This document shows, in pieces, positions 10,228 through 19,842 of a stretch of DNA of 64,000 nt; position 1 is the stretch's first letter, and each line of letters opens with the position of its first letter. A model generated the notes under the pieces. That model saw only the letters and a list, made by a program, of their open reading frames with translations. It made no database searches and was not told where the DNA came from. The stretch covers positions 384,001 to 448,000 of the forward strand of contig OZ241993.1 of the NCBI GenBank assembly GCA_965204575.1. Direction: 5' to 3'. Source of the DNA: an uncultured candidatus Porisulfidus sp. Its GTDB lineage: Bacteria > Pseudomonadota > Gammaproteobacteria > Poriferisulfidales > Poriferisulfidaceae. Made by a program: the position numbers and the translations under genes.

Positions 10228-10980
10228 ATGACCTCCCCTTCCTTGGACGGCCAAGCCATCCTGATTACCGGTTCCGCGCGCCGGTTGGGCGCGCATATGG
10301 CACACCATCTGCACCAGGCCGGCGCCAATATCGTGCTGCATTGCCGGCACTCCGTGGTCGAGGCTCAGCGACTGGCGGAAGAACTGCAGGAACAGCGCCC
10401 GGATTCGGTCGCCCTCGTCACCGCCGACCTCCGCGAGGAGCAGAGTGAATTTTCCATCATTGCGGCAGCCGTGCAGTCGTTCGGGCAACTGGACGTACTC
10501 ATCAACAATGCTTCTCTGTTCGACCCCGGCGGGATAGCCCCGGCAAACCCGGAGCAATGGGAAGAAATCCAAGCCGTCAATGTCCGGGCTCCATGGCTGC
10601 TGGCGGAAGCAGCAACGCCGTACCTGCGCGAGACGCAGGGCTGCATTATCAACCTTCTGGACATTTACGCCATGCGCCCGCTGCGCGGCTACCTGTCGTA
10701 CAGTACCAGTCAAGCCGCCTTGGCCGGACTGACCCGCGCCCTGGCGCTGGAACTCGCCCCAGACGTGCGCGTCAACGGCATTGCGCCGGGCGCGATCCTG
10801 TGGCCGGATGAAGCCGATGGCTGGGACCGCCAAGCCATTATCGACAGCACGGCGCTGAAGCGTCTCGGCCACCCGGACGATATCGCCCGCGCGGCACTAT
10901 TCCTGATTAGGGATGCGGGCTACCTGACGGGAGAAGTCCTGACCGTCGACGGCGGGCGTAGTCTCACGCCCTGGACCTGA
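10228..10980 (+). CDS. folM: Pteridine reductase (FolM-like SDR)
   Basis: ITGSARRLG, NNAS, RVNGIAPG; adjacent to folK/folB. Confidence 0.88.
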   Translation: MTSPSLDGQAILITGSARRLGAHMAHHLHQAGANIVLHCRHSVVEAQRLAEELQEQRPDSVALVTADLREEQSEFSIIAAAVQSFGQLDVLINNASLFDPGGIAPANPEQWEEIQAVNVRAPWLLAEAATPYLRETQGCIINLLDIYAMRPLRGYLSYSTSQAALAGLTRALALELAPDVRVNGIAPGAILWPDEADGWDRQAIIDSTALKRLGHPDDIARAALFLIRDAGYLTGEVLTVDGGRSLTPWT

Positions 10981-11457
10981 TACCGGGCGCAGGGTGACAG
11001 GGTTGTCGTCCTGCCATTCCTGCCACAGTTGCGCAATGGAGATTCCCAGCACCGGGTGCTCCAGGCCCCCGCAGATCTCCGCCAGAGGGCCAAGCACGAA
11101 CTCATGGTGCAGGATTTCTTCGCGCGGCAAGGACAGGACCCCATCCCCCAGTACCCAATCGTCATAGAGCAACACGTCCAGATCGATCGTGCGGGACACG
11201 AAACGATCCTTGCCCCGAACCCGTTCCAGTTCAGTCTCGATCCGGTATAAGGCCTTGTTGACGACATGAGGGTGGTCTTGCGTGTCGAACGCCACGACCA
11301 TGTTGTGAAAATCGTCGCCCTCGAATCCCAGCGCCGGGGATTCGTACAGGGTGGATCGGGTCAGCGGCCCGTAATGCTCCTCCAGCCGCTCCAGAGCTTC
11401 CGCAATCTTGCGCTCCCGGTCGATGTTGCTGCCGAGGCTGACATACACCCGCGCCAT
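10897..11457 (-). CDS. folK: HPPK diphosphokinase
   Basis: SLGSNI, SRTIDLDVL, FVLGPLAE. Confidence 0.93.
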   Translation of the reverse strand: MARVYVSLGSNIDRERKIAEALERLEEHYGPLTRSTLYESPALGFEGDDFHNMVVAFDTQDHPHVVNKALYRIETELERVRGKDRFVSRTIDLDVLLYDDWVLGDGVLSLPREEILHHEFVLGPLAEICGGLEHPVLGISIAQLWQEWQDDNPVTLRPVSGPGRETTPAVDGQDFSRQVARIPNQE

Positions 11458-11807
11458 TAATCCCCTCGCTCGATCTCGACCCCGACTTCCTGCGCGGTTC
11501 GGACTGCAAATGGCTTGGCGATTCGGACTCGCACCCAGCTCACCGAGAATTCTTCACGGACAAGGCCCGCCACCGCCTCGGCCAGCGACTCGACCAACTG
11601 ATACTGGCTGTTCTCCACGAATTCCACCACACGCTGGCTGATCGCCTTGTAGTCGACGGCCTCCTCCAGCGTATCGCTGGTCGCCGTATGCGCCACATCG
11701 GCCCGGAGATCCAGATCCAGCACCAGATTTTGGCGAATCTGCTTCTCCCATTCGAAAACGCCGATTACGGCCTTCGCTTTGAGGCCCCGGATGAAAACTG
11801 TATCCAT
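11457..11807 (-). CDS. folB: Dihydroneopterin aldolase
   Basis: IGVFEWEK, VDY, LVESLAE, KP.AV..VGVEIER. Confidence 0.95.
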   Translation of the reverse strand: MDTVFIRGLKAKAVIGVFEWEKQIRQNLVLDLDLRADVAHTATSDTLEEAVDYKAISQRVVEFVENSQYQLVESLAEAVAGLVREEFSVSWVRVRIAKPFAVRTAQEVGVEIERGD

Positions 11808-11873
11808 GATTCAGCCGTAAAATTTAGGGGAGCTTGGTTGGTTTTCAGAAAGTGTCAAGGATATTATCCTGTG

Positions 11874-11898
11874 GGGAATTATGTAGCAAAATCTGCAA
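11874..11898 (+). mobile_element. Orphan TIR of the GGGAATTATG (IS1595-like) family, facing hicBA
   Basis: GGGAATTATGTAGCAAAATCTGCAA, 24/25 identical to each TIR of the 51784-53062 element. Confidence 0.8.
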
Positions 11899-11911
11899 AA
11901 GGAGAGAAATA

Positions 11912-12145
11912 TCACCTAATTTTCTTTTTCAGTTCAAAAAACCTCTCCCTAGACATCCCCGCTGATCTCATACAGCTTTTAATCACGCCTACTTTCACAT
12001 CCTTCTTCATGGGGATTGTTACAGGTTCGCTATGTCCATCTTTCTCTAAGATGAGATGAGACCCACGCGTATGCTCGTTTGTAAAGCCATCAGCTTTAAA
12101 GATTTTAGAAAGCGTTTGCCATTTATGCGGCGTGAGCCTGTCCAT
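11912..12145 (-). CDS. hicA: HicA-family toxin
   Basis: GF...RGSH.IL.K..VTIP motif. Confidence 0.88.
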   Translation of the reverse strand: MDRLTPHKWQTLSKIFKADGFTNEHTRGSHLILEKDGHSEPVTIPMKKDVKVGVIKSCMRSAGMSRERFFELKKKIR

Positions 12146-12482
12146 GAGCAACCAATGAAATCGGAACACTTATCATATGTTCGTCCTCAAGATTATTATT
12201 CTCATTATGTTCTTGGCTCACAGCTAATTCAAAACCAAGATCGCTCAATACCTTGTCCAAAACATGGCGGCTTAAGCAGGACTCAAGGAAAAATTGAATT
12301 GCTTCCACAAGATTCTCAAGCGCTTCTTCTTCTGTATCGCCTTGGCTGAAAACATCAAGTGGAGGACAAGATGAAACATAAGCGTTTCCATCCTTTTCGA
12401 TTTCATATGGCATGCACACTTCAAACCGTATCAAATAAGGTTCCATGTGTATCCTCTTGAAAGTTAGGTTGATTGACCTCAA
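12123..12482 (-). CDS. hicB: HicB-family antitoxin (upstream of hicA; alternative start 12446)
   Basis: YVSSCPPLDVFSQGDTEEEALENLVEAI. Confidence 0.88.
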   Translation of the reverse strand: MRSINLTFKRIHMEPYLIRFEVCMPYEIEKDGNAYVSSCPPLDVFSQGDTEEEALENLVEAIQFFLESCLSRHVLDKVLSDLGFELAVSQEHNENNNLEDEHMISVPISLVAHGQAHAA

Positions 12483-12630
12483 ACACGCTACTATGTTCGA
12501 GGATAGAGCAAATTCTACCTTAAATGGCGCTTCGCGGAGATTTCTTCTTTCCCCTCTGGCAGGTGCAACTCTTCGACGAGCTTCACCAGTTCATTCTGTG
12601 CCTCTCCTTTAGGAGGGCGCGCGTCATCGG

Positions 12631-12867
12631 TCATAACCGAGAGCACTCTTCATCAAGTCTTTCCATGGCCTTCTCTGAAGACCCCAAGAGCCGCAAGTAA
12701 GCCTGCGACCTTCGCGTATGAAGATATATCTTTATGAGGTTGCTTATGCTTTCAGACGGATAATGCACCTGGCAGAAGGCATCAACAAAAGATGTTTTCC
12801 ATTGTCCCTCCAGCCCAGCCTGATCGCGGTAGGAGTATGGCCGGATTGTTTTATCTTCAGTTTTCAT
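12631..12867 (-). CDS. Hypothetical protein or fragment in a low-GC segment
   Basis: 78-aa ORF co-oriented with hicBA; no recognisable motif. Confidence 0.35.
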   Translation of the reverse strand: MKTEDKTIRPYSYRDQAGLEGQWKTSFVDAFCQVHYPSESISNLIKIYLHTRRSQAYLRLLGSSEKAMERLDEECSRL

Positions 12868-12973
12868 GGTGAAGTCGCATAAAATCTCTCAGGCCGAAAC
12901 TTTTGAATGTTCAATGGTAGGGTTTGCGGGATAATACCACAGACTCAGTTAGATCTCAGCACACCAATCTATT

Positions 12974-14321
12974 GGCGCATCACGGTTTTGTGTGGAATAG
13001 AGGGTCAGGGATAATGCTTCCGCGTTTTAGTCTGGAGTGTGGTCTGATGGAAGCAGTGAACAAGTTTTGCGAGATGCTGATGTTTCTGCATCCGCCGTGG
13101 GAGGTGGTCTCGGTGTCCTGTCGGGAAGGAGGCGAGGATCGCAGCCCGGGGCGCGTCACGATCGAGTTGGCCTATCAGGCGAAGAGCCTGGTGCCGTGTC
13201 CGGAATGCGGGACCTTGTGCAAGCGGCACGACACGAAGGCGCGGGAGTGGCGGGACCTGGATTTGATGGGTTGGCGCACGACCTTGCGGGCCGAGGTGCC
13301 GCGGGCGAACTGCCCGGAGCACGGGATTCGGCAGATCGCGGTGCCGTGGGCGGAGTCCCACGGTCGTTTCACGATGCGCTTCGAGACGGAGGTGATCGAG
13401 GACCTGCTGGCGATGCCGCTGCGGGCGGTGGCGCAGAAGTGGGGGCTGAGCTGGCATCAGGCGGACGGCATCCGCTCGCGGGCGGTGCGGCGCGGATTGG
13501 CGCGACGCGGGCCGCAGGCACCGAAGCGGATCGGCATCGACGAGACCTCGTTCCAGAAGCGGCATGAATATGTCTCGATCGTGGTCGATCAGAAGCCGGC
13601 GTCCGGGCGCAAGGGGGTGGTGCTGTATGTGGGAGACCGCAAGGATCAGGCAGCGGTGGAGCCGTTTTTCAGAGAGTTGGGCGACGCCGCCTGCGCGCAG
13701 GTTGAGACGGCCGCGATGGATCTGGCGCCGGCCTACATCGCGGCGACCCTGAAGTACACCCAGGCCGACATCTGCATCGACCGCTTCCATGTGGTGAGCC
13801 TGCTCAACCAGGCGGTGGACCAGGTGCGCCGGGCGGAGCACAAGAGGTTGCTGGCGCAAGGCGATGCCCGCCTGGCGGGCACCCGTTTCGACTGGCTGAT
13901 GACCGAGGAGCGGATGGGCCCGGCCCGGCGCCAGCGTCTGGAAGCGTTACGCAAGGAGGACCTGAAGGTGGCCCGGGCCTGGATCCTGAAGGAACGGGCG
14001 GCGGAGATCTGGGCGTTGCGCGACCGGACCCTGGCCTACTACGCCTGGGAAGCCTGGCATCAGGCGGCGAAACGCTCGCGGCTGGCCCCGGTGATCAAGG
14101 CGGCGGAGACGATCTGGAAGCATGTGGAAGAGATCCTGAACGCCGCCGTGCTGGGCATCAGCAATGCCCTGTCGGAATCCATCAACGCGAAAGTGCAGTG
14201 GATCAAACGCCAAGCCTGCGGCTACCGCAGCCGCGAGCGCTTCCGTGAAGCCATCTACTTTCACTTGGGCGGACTCGACCTGTATCCGAGACCTCCGTTC
14301 CACACAATTCCGTGAAGACCC
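12974..14321 (+). mobile_element. ISL3-family insertion sequence, complete
   Basis: 24-bp TIRs GGCGCATCACGGTTTTGTGTGGAA / TTCCACACAATTCCGTGAAGACCC (19/24); perfect 8-bp TSD AATCTATT (12966-12973, 14322-14329). Confidence 0.96.
13047..14315 (+). CDS. ISL3 transposase
   Basis: CPECG/CPEHG zinc finger, IGIDE, AMD, DRFHVV, SNALSESIN..KRQACGYR. Confidence 0.95.
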   Translation: MEAVNKFCEMLMFLHPPWEVVSVSCREGGEDRSPGRVTIELAYQAKSLVPCPECGTLCKRHDTKAREWRDLDLMGWRTTLRAEVPRANCPEHGIRQIAVPWAESHGRFTMRFETEVIEDLLAMPLRAVAQKWGLSWHQADGIRSRAVRRGLARRGPQAPKRIGIDETSFQKRHEYVSIVVDQKPASGRKGVVLYVGDRKDQAAVEPFFRELGDAACAQVETAAMDLAPAYIAATLKYTQADICIDRFHVVSLLNQAVDQVRRAEHKRLLAQGDARLAGTRFDWLMTEERMGPARRQRLEALRKEDLKVARAWILKERAAEIWALRDRTLAYYAWEAWHQAAKRSRLAPVIKAAETIWKHVEEILNAAVLGISNALSESINAKVQWIKRQACGYRSRERFREAIYFHLGGLDLYPRPPFHTIP

Positions 14322-14388
14322 AATCTATTTAGCGGGGACACCTTAAAGGTACGGTAAAATTGCGCGTTCAGGGCGGGCTCACCGCCGT

Positions 14389-14476
<88 letters not shown>

Positions 14477-14590
14477 TCGCTCCAAAACCAGAAGGAAAGA
14501 CCGGGCAATGCCCGGCCTAGCCCTGTCTGCAAGGCAGTGTGTCCGCCTGTCTGACCCAACGCTTTCCGTCAAGACTCCCGTCTCACCGGA

Positions 14591-14971
14591 TCAACTGTGG
14601 CGAAGATAGGCAAACCGGGGATCATCCGGAGTGCCTTCGAGTGCCGAACCTTCAGGGGGCTGCCAGGTCATGGCCTCCTCGATCCGGGCCGCCAACTCAA
14701 AGTCCCGGTTGGTCACCCCTTTCTTCGCATGGGTGGTCAGTTTGACGATCACGAACGCATATGAAACGGTCAGGTCCGGATGATGCCAGCCCTGTTCCGC
14801 CAGGTGTCCGATCGTGGTCACGGCCATGAGCGTACCCTTCCAGCTTGCCGTGCGGTATTTGCGACGGATCCAGCCGGATTCCAAATACCATTCGGGCAGT
14901 TCTTCCTTGAGCCGCGCCTCGATTTCCTCGTCCGTGTAGGTCGCGTCGTTGTCTTCTTTTTTCAGGCTCAT
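14591..14971 (-). CDS. Pterin-4a-carbinolamine dehydratase family protein
   Basis: AEQGWHHPDL, LTTH..GVT.RDFELA. Confidence 0.9.
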   Translation of the reverse strand: MSLKKEDNDATYTDEEIEARLKEELPEWYLESGWIRRKYRTASWKGTLMAVTTIGHLAEQGWHHPDLTVSYAFVIVKLTTHAKKGVTNRDFELAARIEEAMTWQPPEGSALEGTPDDPRFAYLRHS

Positions 14972-15137
14972 GATTTTCCCTCGTGCTGCATCCTCCCATT
15001 CTACTCTTGCGCGGTCATAAAATAAGAGAGCCTGCGCCGGCCCTGTATGCCCCGCACCGTGCGAGTGCGGATGTGGAACCACGTGCCAGTGCCGGCAGAA
15101 AATTCGGGAAAGAGAATATCCGCCAACAAATACTGAC

Positions 15138-15602
15138 ATGTGCCTGAATCCATGCCGAATCCGGCGGGTGCTCCTGCCTCCAGCCATCCTTGCGGCGGTT
15201 ATTTTCCTGTTGCCCGCATGCAGCGGGGAAAGAACCGACCTGACGGGCGCCCAAGCCTGGATACTCGAGCCCTCTGCCGAAGGCATTTCCACTGGCGGCC
15301 TGACCGTGCACAACCGGACCGATGAAGCGCGAATACTGCTGCACATCATGGCGGCTGACTTCAGGCAGGCGGGCATCCACGCAAAAACACGTTCCAGCTC
15401 CCCACCTTCCATCATCGTCGAAGCCCACCAAACCACCGGACTGCCCCCGGATGGCATCGTTTTCCTGCTGGAAGGACCTGAACGTCCCCTTCACGCCGGT
15501 GACAAGACCTTGCTCGCACTTCATTTCGACGACAGCCAAGCGATTTTCATCAACGCGGAAGTCCAAGCGTCTTCCCCGCCCTCCCCCGAGCCTGAGCCAT
15601 GA
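15138..15602 (+). CDS. PCu(A)C-like lipoprotein with a degenerate metal motif
   Basis: Lipobox LPAC; AWI..P, GLTVHN, L.AGD...L.LHFDD pattern. Confidence 0.65.
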   Translation: MCLNPCRIRRVLLPPAILAAVIFLLPACSGERTDLTGAQAWILEPSAEGISTGGLTVHNRTDEARILLHIMAADFRQAGIHAKTRSSSPPSIIVEAHQTTGLPPDGIVFLLEGPERPLHAGDKTLLALHFDDSQAIFINAEVQASSPPSPEPEP

Positions 15603-16300
15603 GCGATTTCGGCGATGCCCTGATTGCCTCAGCCGGTCTCTTGACGGGACTGAACCCTGATCTCCTGGAGATCATCCGGTTGTCATTGTTCGTCACCCTG
15701 ACTGCCGTCTGCATCGCGACCGTGATCGGTATTCCGCTGGGAGGCCTGCTTGCAGTCAAGCGATTCCCGGGGCGCGCGTTCGTCGTGCTCATAATTGACA
15801 CTTTCATGGGGCTACCGCCCGTTGTCGTCGGATTGATCGTCTATCTGTGGCTGTCACGTTCCGGCCCTCTCGGCGTGCTGGGCCTGCTGTACACCCCAAC
15901 CGCGATGATCATTGCGCAGTGCCTGTTGGTCACACCCATCATTGCCGCATTGTCCCGCCAAGTCATTGCCGATGCCCACGGCCAATATGACGAACAGCTT
16001 CGTTCCTTGGGCGCGGCACGTTGGCAGCGCATCGCCACCCTGCTCTGGGAGACCCGGACCAGCCTTCTTGTGACGGTGCTGGCCGGCTTCGGACGAGCCA
16101 ACGCGGAGGTCGGCGCCGTCATGATCGTGGGTGGAAACATCAACCATGTCACCCGTGTAATGACGACCAGCGTCGCCTACGAAACCAGCCGCGGCAACCT
16201 CACCCAAGCCCTGGCACTCGGCATCGTGCTGATCCTGATCGCCATGCTGTTGACCCTGCTGCTGCACCAGTTGCGCAGGCTCAACGTGGAGCCCGGATGA
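15599..16300 (+). CDS. tupB: Tungstate ABC permease
   Basis: MGLPPVVVGL, GFGRA.AEVGAVMIVGGNI...TRVMTT. Confidence 0.92.
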   Translation: MSDFGDALIASAGLLTGLNPDLLEIIRLSLFVTLTAVCIATVIGIPLGGLLAVKRFPGRAFVVLIIDTFMGLPPVVVGLIVYLWLSRSGPLGVLGLLYTPTAMIIAQCLLVTPIIAALSRQVIADAHGQYDEQLRSLGAARWQRIATLLWETRTSLLVTVLAGFGRANAEVGAVMIVGGNINHVTRVMTTSVAYETSRGNLTQALALGIVLILIAMLLTLLLHQLRRLNVEPG

Positions 16301-17040
16301 TGCGGCATTCCCCGGATTCCCTGTTTCCTCTCGCCGTATCCGGCCTTGATTTCTCTGTCGGCGAAGAACGGCTGTTGTCCGGGTTGTCGTTCGAACTGGA
16401 AGGAAAAGGCTGTACGGCAATACTCGGCCCAAACGGTTCCGGCAAAACCCTTCTGTTGCGCCTGTGCCACGGCATGCTCACGCCGACTGCCGGTTCTATC
16501 CGGTGGGGAGAAGCCACGCCAGTTCAAGCCCTGCCGTCGCAGGCCATGGTCTTTCAGTTGCCCGCCATGCTCAACCGCAGCGTGCGAGCCAACATCGACT
16601 ATGCGCTGAGGCTGCGCCGTATCCCTCGCGATGAACGACAACGGCTTGTCCAAGAGGCCGTTAAGCTCTGCGGCCTGACAGAAGTCGTCGGGCGCAATGC
16701 CCGCGTCCTGTCCGGCGGTGAGCGGCAGAAACTGGCCATCGCGCGGGCCTGGGTCACCCGGCCACGCGCCTTGCTGATGGACGAGCCGACTTCGGAACTG
16801 GATCCCCTCGCCACCCGGGAGATCGAATCCATGATCCAGCGGGTCGTTGCCCAAGGCGTTCGCGTCATCTTGGCGACGCACGATATGAATCAAGTCCGTC
16901 ACCTGGCAGACGATGTCCTGTTCCTGGAATACGGCCGTTTAAGGGCTCACCTGTCGATCGGGGACTTTCTGAATTATCAAGGCGACGACACGATGCGCGA
17001 TTTTGTTGCTCATCCGACCCGTTCCGGAGCCATCTCATAA
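16297..17040 (+). CDS. tupC: Tungstate ABC ATPase
   Basis: GPNGSGKT, LSGGERQ, MDEPT; operon context. Confidence 0.88.
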   Translation: MMRHSPDSLFPLAVSGLDFSVGEERLLSGLSFELEGKGCTAILGPNGSGKTLLLRLCHGMLTPTAGSIRWGEATPVQALPSQAMVFQLPAMLNRSVRANIDYALRLRRIPRDERQRLVQEAVKLCGLTEVVGRNARVLSGGERQKLAIARAWVTRPRALLMDEPTSELDPLATREIESMIQRVVAQGVRVILATHDMNQVRHLADDVLFLEYGRLRAHLSIGDFLNYQGDDTMRDFVAHPTRSGAIS

Positions 17041-17045
17041 GTCTC

Positions 17046-17858
17046 ATGCGCCTTACATTCGCCTTTCTCTTGGGCTGCCTGGCATTCCCTTCCGCAATGG
17101 CGGAGTCGGAATTCCTGACCATCGCATCCACCACTTCGACGGATCACTCCGGGCTGTACGATTACCTGTTGCCGATCTACGAGAAGAAATCCGGCGTAAG
17201 TTTCCGGGTTGTGGCCGTCGGCACCGGCCAGGCCATTCGCAATGCGATGCGGGGAGATGCCGACCTGCTGATCGTTCACCACCGCGAATCGGAAGAACGT
17301 TTCGTCGCCGAAGGCTACGGATTGCAGCGGGATGACCTGATGTACAACGAGTTCATGCTGATCGGGCCGCGCGAAGATCCCGCGAAGGTTTCAGAAGCGG
17401 ACAGCATCGCGGAGGCCCTGCATCGTATTTCCCGATCGGGTCTTACTTTCGTCTCTCGTGGCGATGACAGCGGAACCCATAAGCGGGAATTGGAGCTGTG
17501 GGAAAAAGCGGAGGTTCAGGTTCGCCCTGCCAGCGGGGACTGGTACTGGGAGGCCGGGGCCGGAATGGGGCCGACCCTGAACATGGCCGCCGCGCGCAAC
17601 GCTTATGTCTTGAGTGACGGCGCCACCTGGGCCGCGTTCGGCAATCGGCAGGACCTAGTCGTGTTGTATCGGGATGATCCGCTACTGCACAACCAGTACG
17701 GCATCATCGTGGTCAACCCCGACCGACATTCGCACGTCAAGTGGGAACTGGCTCAAGCGTTTTCGGAATGGCTGCTGTCGGAAGACGGACAGCAGAGGAT
17801 CGCGGATTTCAAAATTGTTGGCGAGCAGGTGTTTTTCCCGAATGCCCAGCCGCGCTGA
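17046..17858 (+). CDS. tupA: Tungstate-binding protein
   Basis: STTSTDHSGL, VGTGQA, SRGDDSGTH..E. Confidence 0.93.
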   Translation: MRLTFAFLLGCLAFPSAMAESEFLTIASTTSTDHSGLYDYLLPIYEKKSGVSFRVVAVGTGQAIRNAMRGDADLLIVHHRESEERFVAEGYGLQRDDLMYNEFMLIGPREDPAKVSEADSIAEALHRISRSGLTFVSRGDDSGTHKRELELWEKAEVQVRPASGDWYWEAGAGMGPTLNMAAARNAYVLSDGATWAAFGNRQDLVVLYRDDPLLHNQYGIIVVNPDRHSHVKWELAQAFSEWLLSEDGQQRIADFKIVGEQVFFPNAQPR

Positions 17859-18011
17859 GTGCTCGGACAGTGTAGCTTAGGGAAAGGAAGAATCTTCCTC
17901 ATAAAGTAAATTTAAATATTTTTTGTTGTATTTGTACTTTTAGTGCAGTATAATTCACATTGAAAATGATTTTATGGCGGAATAACGCCATATATCTTGT
18001 GGGAGAGCGCC

Positions 18012-19244
18012 ATGCTGTACAGACTGGAAATCGAAAACTTCCTGTGCTTCCGGGAGCGCCAAGTTATTGATCTAACCGTCTCAAAAACAGCGGCTTTGGA
18101 TGAAGCGCATTTCGCCCCGATTTTTGCGGGTGCAACGGTCAAAGCCCCCAAAACCGTTGTCATCTATGGCGCAAACGCTTCGGGCAAGTCCACGGTAGTC
18201 AAGGCCATATCCTTGTTGGCGTATTTCGTAATCAACAGTTATGAAAATAGAAACGCGGTCGATCTCATCTATCAGCCATTCGCAGACGAGGACATGCCCA
18301 AGAAACCGGTATACCTGGCAATTGAATTCGGCGACACCATGGATCTGGTTCCCGAAATCAACCCCGAAGAAGTCTCTGACGACAGAACCTATGGAGTCTG
18401 GCGCTACGAACTCGAAGTAGTCAGAGTCGATGCGAAAACCGTGCGAGTGCACAAGGAAGTCCTACGCCAGAAACCCAATGGTGCTGGCAAATGGAGAAGG
18501 GTCTTTGAGTGGAACGGAGAAAGCCTGCAAGGATCGAAAGTTTTCCCTCTCGGCAACCATGCACAAGAGATCGAGAAAATCCCTGCTGTTTCAAGCGTCA
18601 TCGGTACACTAGCGTGGTATGAGCACAAGGCATCCAAGGTCCTTGTTAATGCTGCACGGGGGATTATTGGCAATATTTTGCTCGACAAATTTGAAGGGGA
18701 TCCCTTCTTAAAGTATTGTTTAGAATTTTACCTGGCAAATCCTGATGCCATAAAAAGCCTGAATCAGGAAATTCAGCGACTTGATATAGGAATCAGGCAG
18801 ATGAGCATTGTTCCCGGGATGAATGACCCTTTTGCTACATTCGAACACTACGGATTGACCGCCCCCGTGATATGGATGATGGAAAGCCAAGGAACACGTT
18901 CTTTCGTCCGATCATTCTTCCAAATCTACGCCGCGCTTCAGTCCGGCGGAGTCGCGGTCATGGACGAACTGGATCAGTCCCTCCACCCCAACCTTCTCCC
19001 CGAGATTCTGCACTGGTTTCACTCGCAGACAGACAATCCCGATGGCGCCCAATTGTGGGCGACCTGCCACACTGCTCCACTGATGGATGATCTTTTGAAA
19101 GAAGAGATCATCTTCTGTGAAAAAGACCGGCGTGGGCGCGCTCAAGCATACTGCCTCAAGGAAATTCAGGGGGTTCGAAGAAACGAGCATTTCACAAAGA
19201 AATATCTGGGCGGGGTCTATGGAGGAATCCCCAACATCGGATGA
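18012..19244 (+). CDS. AAA_21 / RloA-like ATPase
   Basis: IENF..F, IYGANASGKS, ESQGT, MDELDQSLHP, TCH, YL.G.YGGIP. Confidence 0.9.
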   Translation: MLYRLEIENFLCFRERQVIDLTVSKTAALDEAHFAPIFAGATVKAPKTVVIYGANASGKSTVVKAISLLAYFVINSYENRNAVDLIYQPFADEDMPKKPVYLAIEFGDTMDLVPEINPEEVSDDRTYGVWRYELEVVRVDAKTVRVHKEVLRQKPNGAGKWRRVFEWNGESLQGSKVFPLGNHAQEIEKIPAVSSVIGTLAWYEHKASKVLVNAARGIIGNILLDKFEGDPFLKYCLEFYLANPDAIKSLNQEIQRLDIGIRQMSIVPGMNDPFATFEHYGLTAPVIWMMESQGTRSFVRSFFQIYAALQSGGVAVMDELDQSLHPNLLPEILHWFHSQTDNPDGAQLWATCHTAPLMDDLLKEEIIFCEKDRRGRAQAYCLKEIQGVRRNEHFTKKYLGGVYGGIPNIG

Positions 19245-19810
19245 ATGCCTCTCGACGCAACCTGCAGAAACGAAAATTGATTCTGCTCGGCTGCGAGGGG
19301 AAGTCCGAACGTGCGTACGTCGCCCTACTGAACCGATTCGCACACGATGCCAGCCTTCCGGTGCAGATCCGGTCCCTGGGCTTGGAGCATGCCGGCGACC
19401 CTCTAGGCCGGGTGCGACTGCTACTGAAAAAAATAAGAGCGGAGAGAAAACAATATCACTGGGTGGGCATCCTTTTGGATTCCGACCAGACCCAAAGCAA
19501 ACACACGGAACCTCGCGTCCGTGAAGCTCGCCGTCTAGCGAAAGAGCACGATATCAACTTGGTTTGGCAAAACCCGTGCCACGAAGGATTGCTTCTCAGG
19601 CACATGCCGGGGCAGGAAAAAATCCAGCCGGTCAACTGTGCCGACGCACAGAAGAAGCTTGTCGTCATCTGGCGCGAATACCGAAAGCCCATGGCCGCAA
19701 ATCAACTGTCGAGCAGAATTCGTCTTGAAGATGCACAACGGGCGGCCCGCGTAGAGCCTGACTTGAAGGAACTTCTAAAGGCAACGGGACTACCGCTCTC
19801 TACTCGGTAG
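19241..19810 (+). CDS. RloB-like (TOPRIM-type) protein
   Basis: LGCEGKSE..Y, LDSD, NPCHEGLLLRH; ATGA-coupled to the ATPase. Confidence 0.82.
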   Translation: MNASRRNLQKRKLILLGCEGKSERAYVALLNRFAHDASLPVQIRSLGLEHAGDPLGRVRLLLKKIRAERKQYHWVGILLDSDQTQSKHTEPRVREARRLAKEHDINLVWQNPCHEGLLLRHMPGQEKIQPVNCADAQKKLVVIWREYRKPMAANQLSSRIRLEDAQRAARVEPDLKELLKATGLPLSTR

Positions 19811-19842
19811 CCTCCGCACATACGTTGCCACGTTCTACTGAT

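Noticed and set aside
10897-10980. 84-bp convergent overlap of folM and folK
   Set aside because: Most simply a C-terminal extension of folK; nothing suggests a function.
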